Source of the DNA: Nostoc sp. DedSLP01
Lineage (GTDB): Bacteria > Cyanobacteriota > Cyanobacteriia > Cyanobacteriales > Nostocaceae
Length of the DNA: 64,000 bases
Direction of reading: 5' to 3'
NCBI GenBank assembly: GCA_034530875.2
Contig: JAVRCJ020000002.1
Span: forward strand, 64,001-128,000
This document shows, piece by piece, positions 1 to 9,947 of the stretch (positions are counted from its first letter, which is position 1; each line of letters begins with the position of its first letter). The translations under genes were made by a program, and so were the position numbers. Below the pieces are notes generated by a model. The model did not search any database and was not told where the DNA came from. It saw only the letters and a list, made by a program, of their open reading frames with translations.

Positions 1-765
1 GAATACATTAAGCCCTATATCATGCCCAACGGTCAAAGAAAAAATACGGGCATTAAATATCACAAAATTACTGGACGTGGTTTAGGACTCTCGGATAAGG
101 CACTCTACGACCCTTACTGGGCACGGGAAAAAGCAGCCGAACATGCAGCTAACTTCATGTATAACCGAGAGCGGCAATCCGAGCATCTTTATGGTATAAT
201 GCAGCGCCCGCCAATTATCGTTTCGCCTTATGACGCCGAGTTGTTTGGACATTGGTGGTATGAAGGGCCTTGGTTTATTGATTTTCTCTTCCGTAAGTCC
301 TGGTACGACCAAGGAACTTATGCAATGACGCACTTGGCAGATTATTTGCGATCGCATCCCGTGCAACAAGTCTGTCGTCCTTCCCAGTCTAGTTGGGGTT
401 TCAAAGGTTTCCACGAGTATTGGTTGAACGAAACAAACGCTTGGATTTATCCGCATTTGCACAAAGCCGCCGAGCGAATGATTGAAATATCCTACTTGGA
501 ACCAGAGGATGAATTGCAGTGGCGAGCATTGAACCAAGCAGCGCGGGAATTGTTATTAGCACAATCTTCAGACTGGGCATTTATTATGCGCACTGGGACG
601 ATGGTACCTTATGCAGTCAGACGGACGCGATCGCACCTGATGCGGTTTAATAAGCTCTACGAAGATGTGAAAGTTGGCAAAATTGACAGCGGTTGGCTCG
701 AAAAAGTTGAGGTCATGGATAATATCTTCCCTAACGTCAACTATCGCGTCTACCGTCCGTTGTAG
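1..765 (+). CDS. Glycoside hydrolase family 57 protein (DUF1957, branching-enzyme type), 5' end outside window
   Basis: Frame is open from base 1; motifs PYDAELFGHWWYEG, SSWG, ARELLLAQSSDWAFI typical of GH57. Confidence 0.9.
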   Translation, partial: EYIKPYIMPNGQRKNTGIKYHKITGRGLGLSDKALYDPYWAREKAAEHAANFMYNRERQSEHLYGIMQRPPIIVSPYDAELFGHWWYEGPWFIDFLFRKSWYDQGTYAMTHLADYLRSHPVQQVCRPSQSSWGFKGFHEYWLNETNAWIYPHLHKAAERMIEISYLEPEDELQWRALNQAARELLLAQSSDWAFIMRTGTMVPYAVRRTRSHLMRFNKLYEDVKVGKIDSGWLEKVEVMDNIFPNVNYRVYRPL

Positions 766-767
766 TA

Positions 768-791
768 GTAGGGTGGGCAATGCCCACCTTA
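768..791. repeat. GTAG-type REP-like palindrome
   Basis: GTAGGGTGGGCA-A-TGCCCACCTTA; related copy at 1217-1244. Confidence 0.75.
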
Positions 792-815
792 TATTATTAG
801 TAGTGAGGAGCGTTT

Positions 816-1007
816 ATTTTACCAACAACAGAGCAAGCCTTAGCCTGTGTAAGAGTTTGTCAAATGTTGTCAAATCTGTATAAAGATATCCGCTGATTTC
901 GATTTGATGACAGAACCGAACAGGTTTATATCTTAGCTGGAGACGAACTCCAAATTATTGTATTGAGTAATGGTATCTGGGATTTTGTGAATGAACCCCA
1001 ATTATGA
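816..1007 (+). pseudogene. DUF6888-like small protein interrupted by an in-frame TGA (894-896)
   Basis: Manual translation ILPTTEQALACVRVCQMLSNLYKDIR*FRFDDRTEQVYILAGDELQIIVLSNGIWDFVNEPQL*; GAGGAG at 805-810; overlaps the start of the next gene. Confidence 0.65.
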
Positions 1008-1188
1008 ACAAATGACTTTTCAAGAATTGAGAGCTTATGTAGTGGGAAACCGCGAAGACATTGAAGCTCTACGTTTCTTGATGAGCAAACGTGACCCTAA
1101 TTCTCCTAAGTATCCTATCCCTTTAACAGAAGCTGATATGCAAGCCCAGATGGAAATCATCAGGCGCAAGATTAACGGACAACTTTGA
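991..1188 (+). CDS. DUF6887-like small cyanobacterial protein
   Basis: PNYEQMTFQELRAYV..NRED.EA N-terminal pattern. Confidence 0.7.
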   Translation: MNPNYEQMTFQELRAYVVGNREDIEALRFLMSKRDPNSPKYPIPLTEADMQAQMEIIRRKINGQL

Positions 1189-1216
1189 AATTATTGTCTA
1201 AGTTAATTAAGCAACA

Positions 1217-1244
1217 GTAGGGTGGGTGTTGTTTACCCACCCTA
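1217..1244. repeat. GTAG-type REP-like palindrome between convergent genes
   Basis: GTAGGGTGGGT...ACCCACCCTA. Confidence 0.7.
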
Positions 1245-1280
1245 ATTTTTTATCCACATTCTAGTAAGCTGCCTTTATTG

Positions 1281-1508
1281 CTATTGAGGCAGGTTGCGGC
1301 TGGTGTAAGCATCTATCGCATAAGCGGGAATGCGTTTTGTGTAGTCGATATCCAAACCAGTAATGGACTTAGCCAACTTTTCAAAAGACTCAGAACGCCA
1401 GTTACGCTCGTGGATAGGCTTGCTTTGTTCTCCTAAGAAATAAGCTAAAGAGCCTAAAACTGAAGCAGCTACCCAACCCACAACTACTAATGCTGTTACG
1501 ATAGTCAT
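1281..1508 (-). CDS. Small single-TM membrane protein, conserved cyanobacterial family (tentatively Psb35-related)
   Basis: N-terminal hydrophobic helix followed by GEQSKPIHERNWRSESFE; GAGG RBS. Confidence 0.7.
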   Translation of the reverse strand: MTIVTALVVVGWVAASVLGSLAYFLGEQSKPIHERNWRSESFEKLAKSITGLDIDYTKRIPAYAIDAYTSRNLPQ

Positions 1509-1530
1509 CTTTTAACCTCTTTTTTTAATT

Positions 1531-1558
1531 TTTGTAACTTTATGTAAATAAATGTAAC
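1531..1558 (-). promoter_or_regulatory. Triple HLR1 (RpaB-binding) direct repeat
   Basis: Minus strand GTTACATT-TA-TTTACATA-AA-GTTACAAA: three exact (G/T)TTACA(T/A)(T/A) octamers with 2-nt spacers. Confidence 0.75.
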
Positions 1559-1784
1559 TTTATTGATATAAACTTTGCAATACATGCTTTTGGTGTGCTA
1601 GCCGTCAATAAAGGTTGGGTATTCCACACTGAACAGTGCTGAGTGATAATTATTGACGAATTTTGCTTTTGCACAGTTGTAGTTGTTGTGCTTGTTGCTC
1701 CCGTAGCAATCGGTGTTCTCAAGTAGTTATGTAAAAGCAACTCCTGACTGAAGAGTAGAACGGGAATAACGCCAAACTATTCTG

Positions 1785-2471
1785 TTAGAGGCTATCTGGA
1801 TCGATATTTAATTCTCGGAGTTTAGCAGCTAATCTTTGCGCTTTTTCTTCTGCCGCTTGTCTTACAGCTACTTCTTCTTCATGAGTTAGAAGTATTTGGT
1901 CTGTAGCTGGATTGTAAAAATGTAATTTTCCCTCTTCTAAACGTAACTCCAGCCCTAAAACTTCGCTGTGTAGGGATAGCGTACCATTTGATAAGTTATT
2001 AGTTGGCACTGGAAAATAATTGTTTTCGGTCAAGCGAAAACCTTGGAGCTGGGGATGAAGATAATCGCCTGTGGGGTCATATTGGAAATATTCACGCACT
2101 CCCAAAAAGGCGTAGATTCCTTTCTTTGGGCCTTGGTCTTTGCTACGAGTGGTTTTTGAGGTAATCTCTAGGACAAAATCTGGGGTTTGATTATTTTCTT
2201 CCCAGGTTTTGTAAGAACGTCTGTCACGTTTTTCTACTCCAAACACCACAAATACATCTGGTGCGACAACTGATTCTGGATAACCTTTTTCGTAATAAAT
2301 AAATAGATTACCAGCGACGTATACATCTGGGTGATTTTGAAAATAAATATCTAGTACAGTAGTAGCGTATACAAGATACTTACGCTGTAAATCACCTTCA
2401 GCCATTGGCTTACCATCCTCATCTGGATACTCAATCGGGGTAACGGGGATATACTCTATTGAAGTTGTCAT
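1785..2471 (-). CDS. Uma2 family endonuclease
   Basis: YP..DGKPMAE, VAPDVFVV, PDFVLEITS, GVREYFQYDP; ATG at 2471 preferred over TTG at 2507. Confidence 0.9.
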   Translation of the reverse strand: MTTSIEYIPVTPIEYPDEDGKPMAEGDLQRKYLVYATTVLDIYFQNHPDVYVAGNLFIYYEKGYPESVVAPDVFVVFGVEKRDRRSYKTWEENNQTPDFVLEITSKTTRSKDQGPKKGIYAFLGVREYFQYDPTGDYLHPQLQGFRLTENNYFPVPTNNLSNGTLSLHSEVLGLELRLEEGKLHFYNPATDQILLTHEEEVAVRQAAEEKAQRLAAKLRELNIDPDSL

Positions 2472-2574
2472 GGTCGGATACCTCAACTTAATTGGGGCTA
2501 GATTCAATAATATCGCTCAAAATCCTGTAGTGTTGACTAGTAGGCATGAAACCACTAAAAATACCAAATTCTCT

Positions 2575-3042
2575 TTAATCTTGACTTTTATCATCAGAAT
2601 CTTCTAACTCACATTCTGCAAGTAGATGATCGACACTTTCAGGAAATTCCCCATTCTCAACTTTTTTATTAAAAACTTGATAACAATCTTTTTTATCGCC
2701 TTCCTTCCGAGGAAAGCCTAACCAAAGAATAATAATAATTTTTTGTTTTTTAAATGCTCTAAAAAATAACCTATATCGTTCGGGTAATCCCATTTTTTTG
2801 AGACGTCCATACTTTTGCAAAGGTTTTTGCAAAGCAAAGTGACTAGCAAAAGGGTCTTGAGGAATTTTTTCTTTAATACCAACATTCAATGCTTTTAATA
2901 ATTTCACATCTGAATGTGTAATAAATTGTTCTTTAGGTAACTCACTTTTTAAAATCCGAACCCTATTACGCAATTCTACCCATTGTTCGTTAAACAATGG
3001 GTAGAAAAAAATCTGCCATTCATTACAAGTAAATGCAGCCAT
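2575..3042 (-). CDS. Type II TA toxin, YhaV family (RelE-like RNase)
   Basis: IPQDP, RYRLFFR, IIIILW.G..RK.GDKKDCY.VF pattern; TAATG coupling to the upstream gene. Confidence 0.8.
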   Translation of the reverse strand: MAAFTCNEWQIFFYPLFNEQWVELRNRVRILKSELPKEQFITHSDVKLLKALNVGIKEKIPQDPFASHFALQKPLQKYGRLKKMGLPERYRLFFRAFKKQKIIIILWLGFPRKEGDKKDCYQVFNKKVENGEFPESVDHLLAECELEDSDDKSQD

Positions 3043-3362
3043 TAATCTATAACTACATCAGCTAGTAAATCATCAATTTCATCACTCATTTCTTGGGTAT
3101 AAGGAACAAGCTTAGAAGGATTTTGCATCGCATCCTTCATCAAAAAGTCCAGAAATAGACTCATCATAATGCCCTCATCTTCATCAACTTCATCAACATT
3201 ATCAGTTTCTAATCTAAGCAAGAACGTGTTATCAGATAGCACTTCAATATGACCTGAAGCATTAGCTAAATGAGGATAGTCCTTAAAGAAGGCGCGAGGT
3301 AAGCGAAACCCATCTTGATTTCCTACCTTTGCATGAGTCACAGGATAACTTTTTCCAGCCAT
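3042..3362 (-). CDS. Cognate antitoxin, PrlF/AbrB-like
   Basis: KVGN..GFRLP AbrB-type N-terminus, acidic C-terminus, overlaps the toxin start. Confidence 0.7.
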   Translation of the reverse strand: MAGKSYPVTHAKVGNQDGFRLPRAFFKDYPHLANASGHIEVLSDNTFLLRLETDNVDEVDEDEGIMMSLFLDFLMKDAMQNPSKLVPYTQEMSDEIDDLLADVVID

Positions 3363-3420
3363 GAGCTAATTCCTAAGTAGGAAGATGTTCGGTATTCTAA
3401 TCTAATACCTAGATATCATA

Positions 3421-3546
3421 TAGAAATCATATTTGATTTGGTGAAAAAAATCAGTACACCCAAACAAGGTTTCTTTCCCACTCCCTACTCCCCATTCCCT
3501 ACTCCCTACCTACACAAATAATTTCAGTAATCAAACCGGATTCCTA
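3421..3546. mobile_element. MITE-like element with internal STRR repeats (family A)
   Basis: Imperfect TIRs TAGAAATCATATTTGATT / AATCAAACCGGATTCCTA, TA flanks; inverted homologue at 55749-55873. Confidence 0.7.
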
Positions 3547-3786
3547 TAGATTTAATATGAGAAGCCATATTTTTGTTATAACAAATGTTATGACTTACGA
3601 TTAAACCATAACAGATTCCACAAAAAGAGACTAAGAAGTTGATATAAAAATTTTTAATTAAGTATATATACTTTGAAAGCAAATTCCATATAAGGCTTGG
3701 AGTCTTATACAAAGGCTGAGAACTATAATATTAAAAAAGACAGGCAAGATGCCTGTCCTACCAGGAATGAATAATTCAGTAAGAAT

Positions 3787-4788
3787 TTAGAAATTCATCT
3801 CAGCAGCTTGGACTCTTTCAACCTGCTTCTTCTTCAGCACTAGCATAACTTGAGCCAGCATTACAAGAGCGATGAATGCAATTAACCCTTTGACTCTACC
3901 GGAGTCTTGGAGTACGATTTCTGCATCTTTTTGACCGAATCCACCAACGTTGGGGTTATTGGTCAAAGCATCACCAGCTTTAACTGCTTGTCCTTCGGCA
4001 ACAATCAATTCTGGGCCTGCGGGAACTGTATCAACCACAACATCACCAGATTCAGGTTGGATGCTTACCTGATATTTGACGTTACCATCTGCATCTTCCT
4101 CTTTGGCAATCTTGGTAATTGTGCCAGTAGCGGAAGCATTGTAAAGGTTGTTATTGCTCTTTTCGCCAGTGGGATAAACTTGTCCGCGTCCGCGATTACC
4201 ACCTACGTGAACTGAATATTTTCCGAAGTGGATGTTTTTGTCAGTTGCGGGGTTGGGAGAAAGAACTGGGAAGACGATTTCTTGGTACTGTTCGCCAGGT
4301 AACGGGCCGACAATGACGATATTTTCTTTGTCTTCGCTGTAGGGTTGGAAGTAAGTATCGCCGATTTCTTCTTGAAGTTCCTCAGAAATGCGTTCTGGTG
4401 GAGCAATCTTAAAGCCTTCGGGTAGCATCAGTACAGCACCGACGTTTAAGCCAGTTTTAGAACCATCGGCACCAACCTGCTGGACGCTGGTATCGTAAGG
4501 AATTTTCACCACAGCTTTGAACACAGTGTCAGGTAGCACTGATTGGGGAACTTCCACTTCTGTCGGCTTGGCTGCTAAATGACAGTTAGCACAAACAATC
4601 CGTCCGGTTGGTTCGCGGGGAGTTTCAGGATAGGTTTGCTGTGCCCAAAAGGGATAGGCAGCAGCAGATTGGGGAAGGGCAAGATCGCTAGTGAAGTAAA
4701 ATGTCACAGTGGCGATCGCTATGAGCAATGTTTTTACAATTGCTTTAGCACTGCGAGTTAACCTCGCTCTTACAGAAGCATTTCTCAT
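3787..4788 (-). CDS. petA: Apocytochrome f
   Basis: YPFWAQQ, CANCH heme motif, C-terminal TM and [15 protein letters not shown]; start set at MRNASV. Confidence 0.98.
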   Translation of the reverse strand: MRNASVRARLTRSAKAIVKTLLIAIATVTFYFTSDLALPQSAAAYPFWAQQTYPETPREPTGRIVCANCHLAAKPTEVEVPQSVLPDTVFKAVVKIPYDTSVQQVGADGSKTGLNVGAVLMLPEGFKIAPPERISEELQEEIGDTYFQPYSEDKENIVIVGPLPGEQYQEIVFPVLSPNPATDKNIHFGKYSVHVGGNRGRGQVYPTGEKSNNNLYNASATGTITKIAKEEDADGNVKYQVSIQPESGDVVVDTVPAGPELIVAEGQAVKAGDALTNNPNVGGFGQKDAEIVLQDSGRVKGLIAFIALVMLAQVMLVLKKKQVERVQAAEMNF

Positions 4789-4810
4789 CTCAATAAGGAC
4801 AATGATTGAA

Positions 4811-4890
4811 TTAGTCATTGGTCATTAGTCATTAGTCATTAGTCATTGGTCATTAGTTACAGGACTAAGGACAAATGGCTAAGGACAAAA
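4811..4890. repeat. STRR heptamer tandem repeats in the petC-petA spacer
   Basis: (TTAGTCA/TTGGTCA)n followed by CTAAGGACAAA units. Confidence 0.85.
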
Positions 4891-4893
4891 TTA

Positions 4894-5433
4894 TTAAGTC
4901 CACCAAGGTGCATCGCCGGTGCGGAAGTCGGTTTCAGTCCAAGGACTTAACACAATTTTGTCTTCTGATGTGTTGGCGTGGGCTAAAGCCAAAGACAGTG
5001 GTGCTGGGCCGCGAACAACTTTACCAGTTGAGTCATATTGAGAACCGTGACAAGGACACTTAAATTTGTTCTCAGCAACGTTCCAAGGTACAACACAACC
5101 TAAGTGGGTGCAGATAGCATTAATGCCATAATCTTTGATGGCTTCTTTGTTTTCTACCACAATATAGGTGGGGTCACCCTTGAGTCCTTGAACTAAAGTG
5201 CGATCGCCTGCATTACGGTTTTCGAGAAATTTGGCGAGACTAACATCGTTGCCCAATTCGTCTTTTGCCGTTGTTCCACCACCAGCACCACCGCTAGCTG
5301 GTGGAATAAAGTACTTGACAACGGGATACAATGCACCCAGAGCTACTCCAGTGACAGTCCCAAAAGTGAGCAGATTCATGAACTGACGACGCCCCATATC
5401 TGGCACGTCTGCTGATTCTGAAAATTGAGCCAT
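4894..5433 (-). CDS. petC: Cytochrome b6f Rieske iron-sulfur subunit
   Basis: RRQFM Tat signal, CTHLGC and CPCHGS boxes. Confidence 0.98.
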   Translation of the reverse strand: MAQFSESADVPDMGRRQFMNLLTFGTVTGVALGALYPVVKYFIPPASGGAGGGTTAKDELGNDVSLAKFLENRNAGDRTLVQGLKGDPTYIVVENKEAIKDYGINAICTHLGCVVPWNVAENKFKCPCHGSQYDSTGKVVRGPAPLSLALAHANTSEDKIVLSPWTETDFRTGDAPWWT

Positions 5434-5663
5434 AATCTACGCGCTCTTTCGTGTATTTTGTTAAGCATTTTGACAGGAGTACTTGTACTTGAGCAACTCT
5501 TGTCTAAGTTGAAATGTTAACGCTGACAACGATGCTATACTTCTGTGTTCCAAGATTTATTTAGCATCTTTTCTGTTAGCATTACATTTCTTTATATCCT
5601 TATCATACTGGAGTTACGGAACTTAACATCATAACTAAATGTAAAATCTGATTGAGAAAAGCT

Positions 5664-5972
5664 ATGACAGGACAGGAATTGCGTCAGCTGTTGGTTGAGA
5701 AGTGGGGATACTCTTACGATGTCCAGTTTCGCCGGGCACAAGGGAAGATATTCTTGCAAGTCATGTGGAAATATCTGGAGCAAGCTTCTTTTCCTTTAAC
5801 TGAGGCAGAGTACCAAGAACACCTTGATAGCATCGCTAATTATCTTCATGCTTTGGGTGGAACAGCACAAGTGCAAACATTTATCACCCAAACACGCGAT
5901 CGCCCCCGACTCGGTAAAGCTGTCAGCATTCCTCTAGATTTGGGCGAACGAGCTTCAGAATGGATCTTATAA
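5664..5972 (+). CDS. DUF3067 family protein
   Basis: KWGYSYDVQ, LQVMWKYLEQASFPL, RPRLGKAVSIPL; divergent from petC. Confidence 0.85.
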   Translation: MTGQELRQLLVEKWGYSYDVQFRRAQGKIFLQVMWKYLEQASFPLTEAEYQEHLDSIANYLHALGGTAQVQTFITQTRDRPRLGKAVSIPLDLGERASEWIL

Positions 5973-6047
5973 CCTGTTATTCCTTGAGCATTAATTTCTC
6001 AGTTATTACATTTTTTTAGAGCAATTAAATTTCTTACCTAAAATGTG

Positions 6048-6383
6048 CTATAAAATTCTCTTGCCAAGGGGTACATCTCTATCTGGCTGAATTAACACAA
6101 CTTCTCCATCATCTAAAACTACTCCCAAAACCAAAACTTCCGAGATTAAATCTGCAATTTGGCGGGGTGGAAAGTTGGTAACAGCTAATATTAGTCTATC
6201 GATTAATACCGCTGGCTCATAAAGTTTAGTAATTTGGGCACTAGATTTTTTGATGCCCAAATCGCCAAAATCTATCCACAATTTATAAGCTGGCTTTTTA
6301 GCTTCAGGGAATTCTTCGATTTTGATGATTTTGCCAATACGAATTTCGACTTTTTCAAAATCATCAAAGCTAATTTTTGTCAT
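6048..6383 (-). CDS. csaA: tRNA-binding/export chaperone CsaA
   Basis: KPAYKLWIDFG, KKSSAQIT, NFPPRQIA, SEVLVLG. Confidence 0.9.
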   Translation of the reverse strand: MTKISFDDFEKVEIRIGKIIKIEEFPEAKKPAYKLWIDFGDLGIKKSSAQITKLYEPAVLIDRLILAVTNFPPRQIADLISEVLVLGVVLDDGEVVLIQPDRDVPLGKRIL

Positions 6384-6505
6384 TTTATTTCAAATTTTAG
6401 ATTGGCTCCCTACCTCAAACTAGGGAGTTGAATAAAGAATTTGAGATTGTTTACACATAAATTTTGTGAGTTTGCATTCTAATTTTTTAATTGAATCAGG
6501 TTATA

Positions 6506-7300
6506 TCATTTTCCGGTGAGCTTTACTAAACCAATGCCACCAAAATAAAGCCCTAAAACTGCTCCTGCTAAAAGACTTTGAGTCAGAGGATCGGTAGAAG
6601 GTGTGAGAATAGCTCCTAAAATCACTGCTCCCATAATCACGTAACGCCAACCAGAAACCATCTTCTCAGAGGAGACAATATTCAAGTTACCGAGTAGCAG
6701 TTGAATGATAGGAATTTGAAATGCTAAACCAGTGCTGAATAAAAGCAGCAGCACAAATTCAAAATATTTATCAATTGACCAAAGTTGCTCGACTACATCT
6801 GCTCCGTAGCTGATAAAAAATTTCAAAGCTGCGGGAATGAGAAGAAAATAAGCAAATACTAAACCTCCTGCAAATAAAACACTCGAACCTAAAACCACAG
6901 GCCCCAGCAAACGGCGTTCGCGGCGAGTCAGTCCGGGAAGTATAAACTGGATAATTTGATAAAGAATGAAAGGACTACAAAGCAGTAAACCTGTGTAAGC
7001 TGCAACTTTGAGGGAGACAAAGAAATATTCTCCAGGTGCAAGTTGAAGGAATTTTACTCCTTGTGCTGGAACTTCAAGTAGTTGGACAATCGGCTTAACG
7101 GCAAAGAAACAGCCGCTAATGCCTATTGCTACGGCAATCAGCGAATAGAAAATTCGCTGTCGTAACTCTTCTAGGTGGTCGAAAAGAGACATTTCGACTT
7201 CACCTGGCAACTCATCTAAAGGATCTGTTTCGGAGTTGCCATCAGTTTCTGAGTCAATATCAGGAAGATTTACAGTATCTACGTCTTGTGAAGGCGTCAT
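6506..7300 (-). CDS. tatC: Twin-arginine translocase subunit TatC
   Basis: [29 protein letters not shown]; multiple TM helices; start at 7300 or 7321. Confidence 0.96.
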   Translation of the reverse strand: MTPSQDVDTVNLPDIDSETDGNSETDPLDELPGEVEMSLFDHLEELRQRIFYSLIAVAIGISGCFFAVKPIVQLLEVPAQGVKFLQLAPGEYFFVSLKVAAYTGLLLCSPFILYQIIQFILPGLTRRERRLLGPVVLGSSVLFAGGLVFAYFLLIPAALKFFISYGADVVEQLWSIDKYFEFVLLLLFSTGLAFQIPIIQLLLGNLNIVSSEKMVSGWRYVIMGAVILGAILTPSTDPLTQSLLAGAVLGLYFGGIGLVKLTGK

Positions 7301-7377
7301 GAGTTTGTTTCTAGGCAACATTTATAGCTGAGTGCTAAGTTAGGAGTAGAGACGCGATGAACCCAAGTCTTTCCAAG

Positions 7378-7470
7378 AGTTAGGAATGAGGAGTTAGGAG
7401 TTAGGAGTTAAGAATTATCTTTGTCTCCTTGTCCTTTTGTCTCCCCATCTCCCCATCTCCCTACTCAGCA
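7378..7470. repeat. STRR-type short tandem repeats
   Basis: GAGTTAG and TCTCCCC units. Confidence 0.7.
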
Positions 7471-7761
7471 TTGTTAACTATTTTATCTGGGGAATGCAGC
7501 CACCAAGATATGTTTTTGAGTGCTATTGGTTTTTTTCCTGTTTTTTGGGGCTGCATCTGCATAAGTTAGTAGAAAGCCATCTTGTAGGCAATGCCTAACC
7601 TAAAATAGGGTGGAACCGATAATTTTATAAATTATGTCTCTGCGTCTAGTAAAACTAAGTAAACTAACACAACATCAACATAGAATACTCAGTTTTTTAA
7701 CTCCGGTTCATCAAGGTGGTATCTAAGTTTAGGGTAATCGGAAATTTTTAGCTGAGGTTTT

Positions 7762-7989
7762 ATGAACCGGACAATTTGCATTGGTCTGATGGCATTGCCT
7801 GTTTATTTATCCAATGCTCAACTAGGCAATGTTTGTAGTAACGTGTTAATTGTCAAAAACCATCTTCCTAGCATAGCTTTTCTCATGGTTGACAGTACAA
7901 ATGCTCAACTAGATATCTTACCGTGGCAAATATCGGCTAGAGATGACCAAACTGAAGATTGTCTTCGTACTGGTATTTGCAAGGATTAG
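7762..7989 (+). CDS. Small hypothetical protein
   Basis: GAGG RBS, ATG start, signal-like N-terminus, C-terminal DCLRTGIC. Confidence 0.55.
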   Translation: MNRTICIGLMALPVYLSNAQLGNVCSNVLIVKNHLPSIAFLMVDSTNAQLDILPWQISARDDQTEDCLRTGICKD

Positions 7990-8160
7990 TACAGCAGAAT
8001 TCAGAATGTGGGAAAGACCACTGTGCTAACAGAAGTCAAAGAGGATTTGGATTGTTATTTTGTTTTTTTCTGATGACTAATAATTGTTTGAGTGGAAAAA
8101 GACAACATCTATAAATGCTTATAAGAGAAAGATTACAGCAGTTTCATCATCAAAAAAACA

Positions 8161-9021
8161 ATGGTTGCAGTCAATTATCAAGGTACAGTTGTGATTACTG
8201 GAGCGTCAACAGGAATTGGTGAAGCCTGTGCTTTGCTTTTAGATAAGTTGGGATTTTCTGTTTTTGCTGGCGTGCGTCAAGATATTGATGCTCAAAGACT
8301 CCAAGAAAAAGCTTCGCCAAGATTGATGCCGATTTTTTTAGATGTTACTGATGCTGAATCCATCGCTTATGTAGTCGATCGCATCACAAATATAGTCGGT
8401 AATGTCGGAATTTTAGGTTTAGTAAACAATGCTGGAATTGCTGTCCCAGGCCCTTTAGAATTATTACCCATTGCTGAATTTCAAAACCAGATGAATGTTA
8501 ATGTCACCGGACAACTAGCAGTAACACAAGCATTTCTGGGTTTATTACGCCAAGGTCGCGGTCGAATTGTTAATATGGGTTCTATTTCTGGTATTAGTCC
8601 GACACCGTTTTTGGGTGCTTACAATGCTTCAAAGTTTGCTTTGGAAGCACTCACTGATGTCATGCGTATGGAATTAAAACCGTGGGGAATTTCAGTTTCA
8701 ATTATTGAACCTGGTTCTATCGCTACACCAATTTGGAATAAATCCCTGAATCAAGCTGAAACCGGACAAAATAGTTTACCAGAATCAGCACTAAATCTTT
8801 ACGGCCGGGCGATGAACATTGTACGTCAGAAAATGCAGGCGATCGCATCTAGAGGAATTTCTCCGGATATTGTCGCTCAAGCTGTTGTCCACGCGCTGAC
8901 TGCAAAGCAACCAAAGACACGCTATCTGATTGGGCAAGATGCCAAAATCCAAGCAGTGTTAAAGCATATTTTGCCCGATAAGCTCCACGACCAAATAATT
9001 TTATATTCGATGGGTTTATGA
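8161..9021 (+). CDS. SDR family oxidoreductase
   Basis: TGASTGIG, NNAG, YNASK. Confidence 0.95.
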   Translation: MVAVNYQGTVVITGASTGIGEACALLLDKLGFSVFAGVRQDIDAQRLQEKASPRLMPIFLDVTDAESIAYVVDRITNIVGNVGILGLVNNAGIAVPGPLELLPIAEFQNQMNVNVTGQLAVTQAFLGLLRQGRGRIVNMGSISGISPTPFLGAYNASKFALEALTDVMRMELKPWGISVSIIEPGSIATPIWNKSLNQAETGQNSLPESALNLYGRAMNIVRQKMQAIASRGISPDIVAQAVVHALTAKQPKTRYLIGQDAKIQAVLKHILPDKLHDQIILYSMGL

Positions 9022-9293
9022 AGGCAGGAGGCAGAAGGCAGAAGGCAGAAGGTAAAACCCTCAACAGTAAAAGGTTTTGCTGCTTTGGATTTTACATTTA
9101 ATTATGTCTGTCTACTTAGCAATACTTTTGCGAGAAGTGCCAATTTTAGCAACGCCTGGTGAGGATAACAATCATGGTATGGGATTTACAAACAGGCTGC
9201 TGGTTGCAAAGCTTATAAGGACATCAGTACTGGATAAAAGCGATCAATTTTAGTGCATAAGAGTGTATTAGCAGGCGGGATAAGTGTAATTAA

Positions 9294-9387
9294 TACTAAT
9301 TCCTAATTGATAATTCGTAATTCAGAAAGCTAAATCTGGTATCTATTTTCGGGCTGGAATAGGTTGTCGGATTGTAGAGAATTGGTA
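9294..9387. mobile_element. MITE-like element with TAA target duplication
   Basis: TAA|TACTAATTC...GAATTGGTA|TAA. Confidence 0.55.
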
Positions 9388-9947
9388 TAAATAGTAAGGC
9401 AAATCGATAAAAGCCTGCAAACGATCGGACTACATTATAAGTATTAAATAATACTATAAATTTTTCTTGGGATTGTACCTACTTAAATAGTAAACTGGTC
9501 GTCAGGTTATCTAATGTAGAATAAATAGAGCAAAAAGAAACAATAATCTGCTCCGCAAGTTACTATCGCGAATAGAGTTATGTGTCATTTCTATGGCTCA
9601 ATCAAAATTAAACGATACTGAACAAGATAAATTAGCTCAATTTGAGCAGATAAAAAGGCAACTATAGCCTTAGCACAATAAGAATAACTTTTATTACAGC
9701 AATGCGATTTTGCTCTAGTGGTGCTTGGATCGCATCTTATCAGAAGTTAACTAGGTTAATACATGAACTTGTACAAACACAAAATACACACTAGACAACT
9801 CCATCAACTAGTAAGGGCGAACAAGAAAAGTCGGAAGAAGTATCAATAGAAAAAACTCTGCTAATAGAAAATAAAAATTTTCATATAGATTACTTCTTCA
9901 CAAAGGAACTAGTCAAAGGTATAGATGAAACATTATCAGAAGATAAT

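Noticed and set aside
1540..1740. 66-aa minus-strand ORF
   Set aside because: Overlaps the HLR1 promoter region, has a TTG start and no motif
4811..4890. Tandem repeats here, at 56296 and at 60906 as CRISPR arrays
   Set aside because: 7-nt units without spacers; ordinary STRR
5478..5489. AGTACTTGTACT upstream of petC as a LexA box
   Set aside because: The spacer is two bases shorter than the cyanobacterial consensus
3787..7300. tatC and csaA adjacent to petC-petA
   Set aside because: Functionally sensible (Rieske is a Tat substrate) but an ordinary arrangement
9654..9947. Frame upstream of the MORN kinase is open except for one TAG (9792-9794), suggesting read-through or a lost N-terminal domain
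   Set aside because: The kinase already starts like typical cyanobacterial Pkn2 kinases, and the upstream translation shows no recognisable motif
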